Below are positions 29,006 to 39,179 of a DNA stretch of 64,000 nucleotides, piece by piece. Numbering within the stretch: the stretch's first letter is position 1; the number at the start of each line of letters is the position of its first letter. Origin of the DNA: Nitrospinaceae bacterium. GTDB taxonomy: Bacteria > Nitrospinota > Nitrospinia > Nitrospinales > Nitrospinaceae. Made by a program: the position numbers and the translations under genes. The stretch is from contig OZ245011.1 of assembly GCA_965223665.1 (NCBI GenBank), positions 1,216,001-1,280,000 on the forward strand, written 5' to 3'. Under the pieces are notes generated by a model. That model was not told where the DNA came from, ran no database searches, and was given only the letters and a program-made list of their open reading frames with translations.

Positions 29006-30871
29006 TTATTTTCTCTGAAATTTTCGCAAGATGTCATTGATATCAAACAATAAAGCAATTGGCCTTCCATGTGGACATGTAAAAGGCATTTGAGTTTGCT
29101 CTAAGTCTGAAATTAGTTTTTTAATCTGATCTATTCCCATAGGATGGTTCACCATTATTGCGTTACGGCAAGCCATCATTATTACAATCTCTTCATATTT
29201 TTCCTTCAAAGTAACCTCTGGATCTTCCCGACTCAATGACTCAATAATGTCCCGTAAAAGATGGATAGGGTCATGTTTCTTTAGAATAGCTGGTACAGCT
29301 CTAAGCAAAAAACTTTTATTCCCGAAAGGTTCAATTTCAATCCCTAATGATTGGACCAATTTCAAATGATGGTTCAATACATCCGTTTCTACCGGAGAAA
29401 GATCTACGGTGACTGGAAATAATAATGTTTGAATTTCTAAAGATTTATTTTCAGCAGACTCTCTAAATCTTTCGTACAAAACTCGTTCATGGGCAATATG
29501 TTGATCTACGACTAACAAACCGCGCGGACCCTGCATAATAATGAACGACTGATTTAATTGTCCAATTGGCTCAAACTCAGAAAAAATAAGATCTGAAATT
29601 GTTTTTGGTTTTTGATCAAAAAATTCAATCTGCAAATTCGAGGGACAATCTAAGGTAGACTCATTTGATAATTGTCGAGCACCCCCTAATAAGGATTCTA
29701 CAGCCTGATTAATTGGAATGTTAGAATGATTAGGCTTGCTTATATTTGGATATTCTTTTGTAAAGGGAATTCGGGATTGTTGTTTGGACTCAGTAAGATT
29801 AAATTTTGAAGCATGGTTTAAAATTTCATCATTTTTGGGAAATTCAACTTCTTCAATATTTTTTTTCGAATTTTCCGGAAAACTTTTTTCATTTAAATGA
29901 AGTGATTCCTGAATTGCTTCTGCAACAAATTGCTGAACCTCTTTTTTAAAAGCAAACCTAACTTCGGCCTTTGCAGGATGAACATTAACATCCAACAACT
30001 CAGGGTCCATTTCTAGAAACAAAAAAAGCGCAGGATGCTGTCCTTTGGGCAACAAATGACTGTAACCCCAACGAACTGCCCATTGCAAAGCATCATCTTT
30101 GACATGCCTCGTATTCACAAAACAAAATTGATTTTTTCGATTGTTATAAGTAAACACAGGAGAAGAGACAAACCCATAAATTTTATATTTCCCATCGGCG
30201 CGGTTCACTACAATCAATTCTTTGGCCAACTCTGGCCCAAACAATTCTGCAATTCGATATAGAACATGTTCATTAGGAAGTGTATCAATAACTTTTCGTC
30301 TATTATGAATAAGTAAAAATTGAATTTGGGGATGAGCCAAAGCTTGTTGTTGGACAACCTGGGTAATTTGAGCCGATTCTGTACTGTTAGCTTTTAAGAA
30401 TTTTTTTCTTGCAGGAGTATTATAAAAAATATCCTCAACTTCTATGGTGGTCCCTTGAGGACAACCCACTTCGCGAATTTTTGGCTCCCCTCCCCCTTCT
30501 ATCCTTATTTCTGTTCCAGCGCTGGAGGATGAATTAAATGATCTTAACCTCACTCTTGCAACAGATGCAATACTCGGTAAAGCCTCACCTCTAAAACCCA
30601 GGGTACATATTCGCGAAAGATCTTCTTGCTTCGTTATTTTACTTGTCGCATGTCTTTCAAAAGCCAACCGGGAATTTTCAGGTCCCATTCCACAACCATT
30701 ATCAATTACACGAATGAGCTTTTTACCCGACTCTTCTATTTCAATTTGAATACGGGTGGCTCCTGCATCAATCGAGTTTTCTACCAATTCCTTGACTACA
30801 GACGCAGGCCGCTCAACCACCTCTCCCGCAGCTATTTGATTGGACAATTCTAGAGGAAGTACCTTTATCAT
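29006..30871 (-). CDS. mutL: DNA mismatch repair protein MutL (endonuclease type)
   Basis: NQIAAGEVVERPASVVKELVENSIDAGA, GFRGEAL, DVNVHP, DQHIAHERVLYE, CPHGRP. Confidence 0.98.
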   Translation of the reverse strand: MIKVLPLELSNQIAAGEVVERPASVVKELVENSIDAGATRIQIEIEESGKKLIRVIDNGCGMGPENSRLAFERHATSKITKQEDLSRICTLGFRGEALPSIASVARVRLRSFNSSSSAGTEIRIEGGGEPKIREVGCPQGTTIEVEDIFYNTPARKKFLKANSTESAQITQVVQQQALAHPQIQFLLIHNRRKVIDTLPNEHVLYRIAELFGPELAKELIVVNRADGKYKIYGFVSSPVFTYNNRKNQFCFVNTRHVKDDALQWAVRWGYSHLLPKGQHPALFLFLEMDPELLDVNVHPAKAEVRFAFKKEVQQFVAEAIQESLHLNEKSFPENSKKNIEEVEFPKNDEILNHASKFNLTESKQQSRIPFTKEYPNISKPNHSNIPINQAVESLLGGARQLSNESTLDCPSNLQIEFFDQKPKTISDLIFSEFEPIGQLNQSFIIMQGPRGLLVVDQHIAHERVLYERFRESAENKSLEIQTLLFPVTVDLSPVETDVLNHHLKLVQSLGIEIEPFGNKSFLLRAVPAILKKHDPIHLLRDIIESLSREDPEVTLKEKYEEIVIMMACRNAIMVNHPMGIDQIKKLISDLEQTQMPFTCPHGRPIALLFDINDILRKFQRK

Positions 30872-30980
30872 TATTTTTAAACTCTTTAATTAGGTTTTTC
30901 AGGTTATCTATTACACAATTTAGGTCGATAAGACTAAAGCTGATTGTATCTTATATCCAGGGAATTTCAAAAGTAACGAA

Positions 30981-32381
30981 ATGAAAAATTTTTTCCAAAA
31001 AAACAAAGAAGCATTTATTCTAAAAACTCCTTCTATAACAAATATATCCTCAGATATCCCCCCTGATTTTCAAATTCAAACTACTTCTAGCGGTCACCCC
31101 ACTTTAAAAATCAAAAATCAATGGATTCATAGTACCTACAATCCCAAGAAAGAAGGGAACTCGTTTTCAAAAAAAGTTACAAAAGGAAGTCGAGTAATGG
31201 TTTATGGGTTTGGATTGGGATATCATTTAGAATCTATTTTAGAAACTATAGGTCCCGATGGTTTTTTATTAACTGTGGAACTTAATCCTGACATATTATC
31301 AGTAGCCTTCTCTAATCGTGACCTAACTTCCTTAGCAACAAGAAAAAATTTCCATTTAATTTTTGGTAGTGATGAAAATTCCGTATCCAGTGAAGTTTCA
31401 AAATATATGGCTCTTCTGGAAAGCAATGGAAATAGCAGGAATTTGGAGATTCTAATTCATTCTCCCTCTTTTAAACATGCCCCGAAATGTTTTCCAAAAA
31501 TAACACACTCGATTGAAACCTTATTAATGGAACGTCGAGTTCCGTCCATATTTGGAGACAAAGAGGCTGAAAATTATTTTTACAACAAACCCTCTTTAAA
31601 GCATTTCTTAGGAATTAAATCTTTATCTCAAAAACATACCAATCAACTAGGAGTTTTAGTAAGCGCAGGTCCTTCACTTGACGGACTTATTCCTTATCTT
31701 TCAATCCTCCCCGAAGATTGTGTATTGTCTTGTGTAGATACAGCCCTACCTATATTTAATCAAGCGGATCTGTCACCCCAATATATTTTCACTCTAGACC
31801 CACAAGATGTTAGTTTTGATCATTTTATAGATTTTAATTTAAAGAATTCTTCTCTGATTTTCATCCCAACAGCAAACCCAAAAATCATCCATAATTTTAG
31901 AGGAAATAAATTTGTCGCTTTTAAAGAAAACCATTCTTCTATAAAATATGAAAAAAATATTGCAGAAGAAAAGGGATTTACTAAGGCAGGCGGGTCGGTA
32001 GCTTGCTTGGCGTTAGAAACTTTAATGCTAATGGGCTGTAATCCTATTTTACTGATTGGGCAAGATTGCGCTTTTCCGAATCAAAGAAATTATTCTCGAA
32101 ATGTAAATAATTACGATTATCAAATCAAGGAAATTTCGCAAGTTAAAACCCTTCAACAATATGGCAACAGAAAAAATGATGAAATTAAAATGATTAAAGT
32201 ACCAAGGTTTGATGGGCAAAGTGTAACCACAAATACCATTTTATATAGTTACTTAAGAACTCTAGAACAAATAATTCAATCCAACCCCGGAACTAAAGTA
32301 TATAGCTTATGCTCTCATGGCGCAGCAATAGACAACGTAATAAATTTAGGTTCCATCAATGAGTTAATGTATTTGACTTAA
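30981..32381 (+). CDS. MAF_flag10/DUF115 (motility accessory factor, MptE-like) protein
   Basis: HSTYNPKKEG, GFGLGYH, SAGPSL, DTA, GGSVA, IGQDCAF. Confidence 0.85.
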   Translation: MKNFFQKNKEAFILKTPSITNISSDIPPDFQIQTTSSGHPTLKIKNQWIHSTYNPKKEGNSFSKKVTKGSRVMVYGFGLGYHLESILETIGPDGFLLTVELNPDILSVAFSNRDLTSLATRKNFHLIFGSDENSVSSEVSKYMALLESNGNSRNLEILIHSPSFKHAPKCFPKITHSIETLLMERRVPSIFGDKEAENYFYNKPSLKHFLGIKSLSQKHTNQLGVLVSAGPSLDGLIPYLSILPEDCVLSCVDTALPIFNQADLSPQYIFTLDPQDVSFDHFIDFNLKNSSLIFIPTANPKIIHNFRGNKFVAFKENHSSIKYEKNIAEEKGFTKAGGSVACLALETLMLMGCNPILLIGQDCAFPNQRNYSRNVNNYDYQIKEISQVKTLQQYGNRKNDEIKMIKVPRFDGQSVTTNTILYSYLRTLEQIIQSNPGTKVYSLCSHGAAIDNVINLGSINELMYLT

Positions 32382-32401
32382 TCTAAAAGTAAGCTATAAA
32401 A

Positions 32402-33076
32402 ATGATTCAGAATAAATCCCAAGTAAAAATAGCCTTGATTGTTCTAGGTTTTATTTTTTTGACAGTTACTCTTTACCAAGACTACTTTAGAAGCCCCAGT
32501 AAAAATATCATCACCCTACCTGATAAAACCAACGATAAAAATTTAGAAAAATTAAATAATTCCAATCAGAATCTTGAAGAAAATATTGAACACAACCATA
32601 ATCATGGTCATCAAGAAAAAGATGAGCTGTCGCCTTTTGATAAACTCCCTGCCCCGGCACCGGATCCCATTAAACAAAGAAGAATGGGCATTTTTCACTA
32701 TAATGAGGGCAATAAATTCTTAAAGGAAGGAAAATGGAAGCTGGCAATCGAAAACTACGAAATGGCGCTAAGCCATGATAAAGAAATCTATCAGGTCTAC
32801 CTAAATATGAGCAATGCTTTCCTTTTGGGTAAACAATGGGACCAAGCTATAAAAACACTAAAAATATTAGAATCCCAAAAACCAAATCTTCCCGCATTAC
32901 ATTACAATTTGGCCTGTTATTATTCTCTTACCCAACAAATCGAAAAAAGCTTAACCTCAATACAACAAGCTGTAAACCTAGGATACAAACCCAGAAATGA
33001 TATCTTAATTGACCCAGATTTAGAACCTCTTCGAAAAAGCCAAGCTTTCCAAAAGTGGATTGATAGCGTTAAATAG
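32402..33076 (+). CDS. Membrane-anchored TPR protein
   Basis: N-terminal TM; TPRs; C-terminal YNLACYYS...DPDLEPLR. Confidence 0.85.
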   Translation: MIQNKSQVKIALIVLGFIFLTVTLYQDYFRSPSKNIITLPDKTNDKNLEKLNNSNQNLEENIEHNHNHGHQEKDELSPFDKLPAPAPDPIKQRRMGIFHYNEGNKFLKEGKWKLAIENYEMALSHDKEIYQVYLNMSNAFLLGKQWDQAIKTLKILESQKPNLPALHYNLACYYSLTQQIEKSLTSIQQAVNLGYKPRNDILIDPDLEPLRKSQAFQKWIDSVK

Positions 33077-33084
33077 AAATTAGT

Positions 33085-34269
33085 TCAGGTATTATCTTTA
33101 TCATTAAATTTCGAGGGAACTAAGGACACTTTGCCCTGCTTATTGATAACTAAGCCTAGTTTTCCCTGAAGAATATGATGCAGGTCATCACCTATTAAAT
33201 CTCTTTTCCACCCCCGGAAAAGAGGATGATCCTCTAAATCCTCATCTTGCTCATGCCCTCTTACAAAGGAGTGAATGGTTTTACGGTCAGCCAAAACATT
33301 AGGCTCAATTTTTAATTCTTCTGAACGAATTTGAACGTATGCCGCAATCAACTCTTCAACTCCTCGACTCGTTGAATAGTTGTTGGACTCAGGAATAACT
33401 GGATATTTGTTTTTGGGAACTTCTAATCCTTTTTGAATAGCGTTGATAATTTTATTTCCTTTTGAAGTCACCTCTTTGGGATGTAATCCGCGTATAATTG
33501 ATAACTTCTCAATAGAATCAGGTAAATTGCGTGCCATTTCCAATAAAGGCTCATCTCGAACTACGGCTTTTGCTAAACAATTTCGTTTTTTCGCTTCCTC
33601 CTCTCTCCAAGCTGCGAGTTCCCTTAGAACCGCCAGGTTTTTTGGTTTGAGAGTTCGGTAGTTCTTGATTCTCATAAACTGCTGGTAAGGATCTGGTAGC
33701 TGATAATTCTTTTCATCTTCTAATGGACACAGTTCCTCATAAACCCAATCCACTCTACCCAGTTCATTTAATTTCTCTAATAACCTCCAATACACAGGAA
33801 GTAAATAAAGAACATCGTTCAAGGCATATTCAATCTGACTTTGCCTAAGCGGACGATGGCACCAATCAGAGTAAGTTTCTGACTTACCAATTTTTTTACC
33901 AATTGCTTTATAAACAATTTTGGCAAATGAAATTTGAGTTCCCCACCCCAAAAGTGAGGCAGCCACTTGAGTATCAAAAATAGGACTAACTACCTTGCCA
34001 CACAATCTATAAAGAATTTCAATATCCTGTTTCCCAGCATGGAATACCTTTATCTTATCTTTTTGCTTAAAAACCTCTAATAACGGATTAAGATCCTTTA
34101 TTTTGATAGGATCTACTGCAGCACAAACCCCCTCCCCTGCGACTTGAATTAAACCAAGTCGGTGAAAATAGGTTTTCTCGCGTACAAACTCAGTATCTAT
34201 GGCTAAGACATTACAGTTTTTTAATTGCTCAGCAAGAGAAATTAGTTCTTCTTGAGTGGTCAGGTACAT
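33085..34269 (-). CDS. rnd: Ribonuclease D
   Basis: AIDTEFVREKTY, FHAGKQD, FDTQVAA, SDW..RPL, YALNDV; HRDC region. Confidence 0.96.
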   Translation of the reverse strand: MYLTTQEELISLAEQLKNCNVLAIDTEFVREKTYFHRLGLIQVAGEGVCAAVDPIKIKDLNPLLEVFKQKDKIKVFHAGKQDIEILYRLCGKVVSPIFDTQVAASLLGWGTQISFAKIVYKAIGKKIGKSETYSDWCHRPLRQSQIEYALNDVLYLLPVYWRLLEKLNELGRVDWVYEELCPLEDEKNYQLPDPYQQFMRIKNYRTLKPKNLAVLRELAAWREEEAKKRNCLAKAVVRDEPLLEMARNLPDSIEKLSIIRGLHPKEVTSKGNKIINAIQKGLEVPKNKYPVIPESNNYSTSRGVEELIAAYVQIRSEELKIEPNVLADRKTIHSFVRGHEQDEDLEDHPLFRGWKRDLIGDDLHHILQGKLGLVINKQGKVSLVPSKFNDKDNT

Positions 34270-34445
34270 TCATTTTCCAGAGGTATTGCAAAATTAAATA
34301 TTCAAATTATTTTTACAAAAATCACTCATTAAAAAATAAATTGAATAAAAAGTGGAAGAAACAATTAATGGCAAAATCAAATTTCTATTATAAAGGTAAG
34401 AATTGGGTTTCCAACCCTGAAAGGATGGGAATAATTTAAGACATG

Positions 34446-34655
34446 TTAATCAAAATTGCTAAAGGGTCTAATGGAAGAACTATTTGAACTTAAAGACCCA
34501 TTTCCATAATTAAAATCTCCTTCTTCAACTTTAAGGTTTCCATAATATTCTTGACCTTGCTTGTCTGTTTTCCAGAATTTCCTACTTAATGATTTTGAAG
34601 ATATTACTTTTTTTAAGGATCCGTCCTTGTTTAAAATTTTTACTTGATAAAACAT
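34446..34655 (-). CDS. Small hypothetical protein (69 aa)
   Basis: MFYQVKILNKDGSLKKVIS...; ATG after AAGGG; the longer track ORF start looks spurious. Confidence 0.6.
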   Translation of the reverse strand: MFYQVKILNKDGSLKKVISSKSLSRKFWKTDKQGQEYYGNLKVEEGDFNYGNGSLSSNSSSIRPFSNFD

Positions 34656-35015
34656 AGTATGCCCTTTCAAAGAGGTTAAATAATTAAATAGAAAGGACTC
34701 ACCATCTCCCAATTTCTCTTTAAAAATAATGCAATGCAACTCATACTGGTTTACATTGCATGCCAAGAAAATAGTAATAATTGGGTCAATTGTCAAGTAA
34801 ATAAATACCCAAATTACGAAAAATTCCACTACCGATTTTTAATATAAGCTCCAATTTTTCATTTTAATTGAGTTTTTCTAAAATGAATTGGTTAAATCAG
34901 TTGATTCAGATTTCGCATTGACTTTTTGGGTAGAATCTCATAAGTTAGAGCAATAAACAGAGGTTCAGTGGAATCCAGTAAAACATTTGGGAATGTCTGG
35001 GTTTTAAGGCAATTA

Positions 35016-35720
35016 ATGATGAAAATTTTAGGAATAGACTCCTCCACTCCTCAAAGTAACGTTGCCCTCCTGTTAAATCAGAAAGATTTATATAAAATTA
35101 ACTCCAGTGACAATACAAAGGGATCCCGAACTGTATTGAATATGATAGATAGTGTTTTAACCCAGGCCAAATTAAGTATCCAAGAGATAGATTGCTTTAC
35201 AGTCACTACGGGACCAGGGTCTTTTACCGGCTTACGAGTGGGAATCAGTTTAATTAAAGGATTTGTGTTAGTAACGAAAAAGCCATTTATAGGAATCAGT
35301 ACCTTAAAGGCTATAGCTAATCTAATCAAGCCTTGCTCCCAACCTATTTGCTCAATTTTAGATGCCCGCAAGCAACAGTTGTATGCAGGATTGTACCAAC
35401 ATAAAAATAAAGAACCTAAAGCCCTCAGGCCGGAAAGTGCTATTTACCCGGAAGAATTAAATGATTGGATTAAAGAACCTACTTATTTTATTGGGTCGGG
35501 CCTGAAATCATACAAGGAACAATTAAAGTCACTGTTAGGAGAAAACTTTTTGGATGCTCCTATGTTAAATGATTGGAATATTGCTTCCTCTGCAATTCAT
35601 TTAGCGCGAGAAAACATTGACACTGAAAAAAACTATAACCTAAATTCTTTAAAAATTAGTTACCTTAGAAAATCAGAAGCTGAGATTAACCTTAATCCAC
35701 TTGCCACGAAAGGAGATTAA
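35016..35720 (+). CDS. tsaB: tRNA t6A biosynthesis protein TsaB
   Basis: KILGIDSST, GPGSFTGLRVG, DARK, YLRKSEAE; start moved to MMKIL. Confidence 0.95.
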   Translation: MMKILGIDSSTPQSNVALLLNQKDLYKINSSDNTKGSRTVLNMIDSVLTQAKLSIQEIDCFTVTTGPGSFTGLRVGISLIKGFVLVTKKPFIGISTLKAIANLIKPCSQPICSILDARKQQLYAGLYQHKNKEPKALRPESAIYPEELNDWIKEPTYFIGSGLKSYKEQLKSLLGENFLDAPMLNDWNIASSAIHLARENIDTEKNYNLNSLKISYLRKSEAEINLNPLATKGD

Positions 35721-35723
35721 GCC

Positions 35724-35951
35724 ATGGAAATTGATAATGAGTTGCTGGAAAAAGTGAAAAGTAGCAACGCTGAGTTCAAACAACTCTTTGATGAACATAC
35801 TGAATTAAAGTCTAGAGTTGAAGAGTTAAACAAACTAAAATTTCTTACCCCAGAGCAAGAACTCGAAAAGAAAAAAATCCAAAAACAAAAATTGAAAAAT
35901 AAAGATCGAATGGACACAATTATTGGAGAATATCACTCTAGCCTGCACTAG
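35724..35951 (+). CDS. DUF465/YdcH-like coiled-coil protein
   Basis: EFKQLFDEH..L...KKQKLKNKD pattern; GGAG RBS. Confidence 0.82.
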   Translation: MEIDNELLEKVKSSNAEFKQLFDEHTELKSRVEELNKLKFLTPEQELEKKKIQKQKLKNKDRMDTIIGEYHSSLH

Positions 35952-35991
35952 AATTCTCTAACAGACTTTTTCGTAATTTCGGGGAGCCGCG

Positions 35992-37254
35992 CTAGGTCGG
36001 CTCTACCGAATACTTTTTCATTGGCTTTTTATTAAACGAATAACCAACCACAGCCCTTAAAAGCTTAAATAAATATCTGTAATTAACCACCTCTTCCGCG
36101 GGAATGTAATCTCCAATTACCCCCACCAATAGATTAGCCAGATTTTTATTCTGAGAAATAGTATTAACTACTAGATTGCTCAATGCAGGAGAATAAATAA
36201 TTTTTTGTAAAATTTTACTTAAAAGAAACTTATTACTGAACTCTTTTTCTCGAGCCATTTCATATCTTTTAAGAAACGATTGCGAATAATCCTTCTCCAT
36301 TAAACTTTGATGAATTGTATTAGCAGCAAGTTGGGAACTACGTAAAGAAAGATAAATTCCTTCTCCAGTAAAGGGGTCAATAAAACCCATTGCATCCCCT
36401 ACCAAAACCAATCCATCCAACAGGTTAGGTCCAACATCAAAGGCCAGGGTATCTACAATTCGAACAGGGCTAATTAATTTTGCTTTCAGAAAAAACTCTT
36501 TACGAAGAGGATTACGATTCAATATCTCACAATATAGTTTTTCAGGATCTCTTCCCTTTACTAATTCAGAATCCAAAATTAATACCACGTTACCAAGCCC
36601 GTCCCCCATCGGAGCCATTCCAGAATAACCTGGATTGCTTATATGCATGTAACAATAAGGACCCGGAAAACTCAAATCCTCCCAATGAGCTGCCAGGGCA
36701 ACTTTACCTGCTCCTTTTTGAGATCTTTTCAATTTGAACTTTCTTAGTGAGATCGCATTTCTACCACCAGCATCAACAACAATAGCAGCCTTAATTTCAG
36801 TTCGCCCGTTTGGCCCAATCACTCTTACTCCATTCACTCGATTTTCTTCGATTAAAATATCTTCTACTCGATGACGAGGAAGAAACTCAATTCCTCTTTC
36901 ACACATTTTTTCAACCAAGATACGATCAAAGTTAAATCGAGGTAAAGAAAGACTGGTAGGTATTTTCCCTGTCTTGGGATGTATTGGATAGTCTAATTCC
37001 AACTCTGAATTTCCATAAGAGGAAATGGCCACTCCGCGGAGACGATTTGAGGACGAAGCTTCTACCGATTTCAAAACCTCTAAATCATTTAATATGGAAT
37101 CAGCAGCAGGACTGATAAATTCTCCACAAACTTTATCTCTAGGGAAATCTGCTTGATCTAATACCAAGACCTTATGCCCCATGGAATGAAGAAACATGGA
37201 ACAACTCGATCCAGCAGGGCCAGCTCCAATTATAATTACATCATAACTAATCAT
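35992..37254 (-). CDS. FAD-dependent oxidoreductase (geranylgeranyl reductase/FixC-like)
   Basis: GAGPAG, FPRDKVCGE, RFNFD, DAGGR, GDAMGFIDPFTGEGI. Confidence 0.92.
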   Translation of the reverse strand: MISYDVIIIGAGPAGSSCSMFLHSMGHKVLVLDQADFPRDKVCGEFISPAADSILNDLEVLKSVEASSSNRLRGVAISSYGNSELELDYPIHPKTGKIPTSLSLPRFNFDRILVEKMCERGIEFLPRHRVEDILIEENRVNGVRVIGPNGRTEIKAAIVVDAGGRNAISLRKFKLKRSQKGAGKVALAAHWEDLSFPGPYCYMHISNPGYSGMAPMGDGLGNVVLILDSELVKGRDPEKLYCEILNRNPLRKEFFLKAKLISPVRIVDTLAFDVGPNLLDGLVLVGDAMGFIDPFTGEGIYLSLRSSQLAANTIHQSLMEKDYSQSFLKRYEMAREKEFSNKFLLSKILQKIIYSPALSNLVVNTISQNKNLANLLVGVIGDYIPAEEVVNYRYLFKLLRAVVGYSFNKKPMKKYSVEPT

Positions 37255-37272
37255 TGTTCATTAAGAATATAT

Positions 37273-37986
37273 TCAGTTTTTATTCTCTACTAAAGCCAGG
37301 CGATAAGGAAAGTGCCTAACCACCTTAAAATGTTTCCAACCCGCTTCTTTAGCTAATTTATTTAATTCGTTTGGGGTGAAAGCATTCATTACCGAAACCG
37401 GAGCATCAAAACGAGTAAGTCGATTTTTAGTTAGTAATCGTGTCAAAATCCAAATTGCCCCAAATGCAATTCTGCTTCTATGCAAATCATTTATGACAAC
37501 AGCTTTCCGAGCTAACCTTGAGAATTCTTTAAGCATTATCAGAGCATTCTCCCAGGAAAAATGATGAAGAGAAAGAGAGTTGACAACAAGATCAAAACTT
37601 TCGGACTTAAATGGAAGGGATAATACATTGCACTGAAGAAACCGAATTTCTTGATACTTTCGAGATTCCTGCCTGGCAAAACTAATCATTTTAGCATTGA
37701 TATCTATGGCTGTGACTTTTATGGGAACACCCAGATTTCGCGCATACTTCACCAGAGCAATAGGTTGATCCGCAGAACCTGTTGCAGCATCTAAGATTGA
37801 AATGGGATGTGATTCGGAATGGCTTTTTAAAAAAGGCATTACATGATTCAATAAAACCTTATAACCGCTTAGGTATTTATTGACAAGCTGGACATCTTTC
37901 AGGCTATCTTTAACTTCCTCAAAAGGAGCTTGATCCAGGTCTAATAATTCTGGTTGTAAATTTCGTGGCGGAGAAGAAAAAAACAT
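37273..37986 (-). CDS. SAM-dependent methyltransferase
   Basis: ELLD...SLKDVQLVN, ILDAATGSAD, SLSLHHF, INDLHR, RFDAPVSV. Confidence 0.9.
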   Translation of the reverse strand: MFFSSPPRNLQPELLDLDQAPFEEVKDSLKDVQLVNKYLSGYKVLLNHVMPFLKSHSESHPISILDAATGSADQPIALVKYARNLGVPIKVTAIDINAKMISFARQESRKYQEIRFLQCNVLSLPFKSESFDLVVNSLSLHHFSWENALIMLKEFSRLARKAVVINDLHRSRIAFGAIWILTRLLTKNRLTRFDAPVSVMNAFTPNELNKLAKEAGWKHFKVVRHFPYRLALVENKN

Positions 37987-38027
37987 AGCTTGATAATTTC
38001 ATTGTTGAAAAAAACACCGAGAAAAAT

Positions 38028-38423
38028 CTAATTTTTAAAGAAAAACCAGTTTTCGCCTCGAGACATTTTGCTCCGAAAGAAACTCATTGCAATTTTTTTT
38101 GCTATAAAACGTGTTTTTGGAAAAATGATAATCAAACCTATGAAATCGGTTATAATCCCTGGCGTTAAGAGTAGTGAGCTTCCAATTTTCATTATGGCTC
38201 CATTTACTACCTCCTCGGGTGGGTTCTGTCTCGACTTCAAATGCCAAACCATTTTTTCTTGCCATTCGGGTCCATAACCTCTTCCAATAATAACGCCTAC
38301 CAATAAAGTAAACATGCAAAGAGAAATTGTATTCATTGTGCTAATCATGGACCCCATCCAAGCTAAAGAATACATTTCAACCACAGAACCTAATATAAAA
38401 ACCAAAGCCACTATCAATGACAT
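38028..38423 (-). CDS. fxsA: FxsA-family membrane protein
   Basis: VEMY..., LLLTPGIITDFIG..IIFPKTR. Confidence 0.85.
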   Translation of the reverse strand: MSLIVALVFILGSVVEMYSLAWMGSMISTMNTISLCMFTLLVGVIIGRGYGPEWQEKMVWHLKSRQNPPEEVVNGAIMKIGSSLLLTPGIITDFIGLIIIFPKTRFIAKKIAMSFFRSKMSRGENWFFFKN

Positions 38424-38694
38424 ATTCTGCCTTTCTTAAACCCAAAAAAGTTAAATAAATTAAGAAAATACTTTATTTTTCTAATAAAAACCCCATTAAT
38501 AAATTTGATTCATTTTTCCAGCCCGAAAACACATACACACTTTCAATCTTTGTACGAAATCCCATATTTTTTGCTTTTATCACCTTAAAACCACCCTTTT
38601 TTGTAACTTTTAGAACAACTTGAAAAATAAAGATTTATTTGAATTTAAAATCAAATTAAATAAATTATTGCGAAAAACGTCGTAATCCAATAAT

Positions 38695-38710
38695 TGGTAA
38701 CATATTTGCA
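38695..38710 (+). promoter_or_regulatory. Putative sigma54 (-24/-12) promoter
   Basis: TGGTAACATATTTGCA, i.e. GG-N10-GC with TTGCA, after an AT-rich tract. Confidence 0.45.
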
Positions 38711-38787
38711 ACAGATGGTAATTCAAAGTTTTTGGAGGGAGGCTTTGTGATCTGTTTTATTTAATTTCTATTGGGGCGGCCTCAATT

Positions 38788-39177
38788 ATGAGGGCATTAA
38801 TAATTGATCAAGATCACGAATTTTGCAATATCCTTTCCCAAACTTTAAAAAATTTAGGTTGTCAATTAGACAATCCTATTAAAGCTGAAGATATTCTTCA
38901 AGCCCTCCTGAATGAAAACTACGATATTATCTTTTTCCATCAAATCCCCTTGGAAAATTTGGATAAGAATTTAATCTTAAAAACAATCAAAAGTAGAGAT
39001 CGATTATTTGCTTGCCACACCCAACTGGTAGCTCTGTATAACAAAGAAAATTCTGAAAATAGTTTCTCTCAACAGTTTGACTCTTCCCTGGATAAAAACC
39101 TCTTCAAAAAATGTCATCAAACTTTTCAGCAAGAGATTGCAAAAATAGTTCAACAAATTTCCCATTCCCAAATATAA
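38788..39177 (+). CDS. Degenerate receiver-domain protein
   Basis: RALIIDQD...YDIIFFH; REC-like pattern with no Asp at the expected phosphoacceptor site. Confidence 0.65.
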   Translation: MRALIIDQDHEFCNILSQTLKNLGCQLDNPIKAEDILQALLNENYDIIFFHQIPLENLDKNLILKTIKSRDRLFACHTQLVALYNKENSENSFSQQFDSSLDKNLFKKCHQTFQQEIAKIVQQISHSQI

Positions 39178-39179
39178 AC

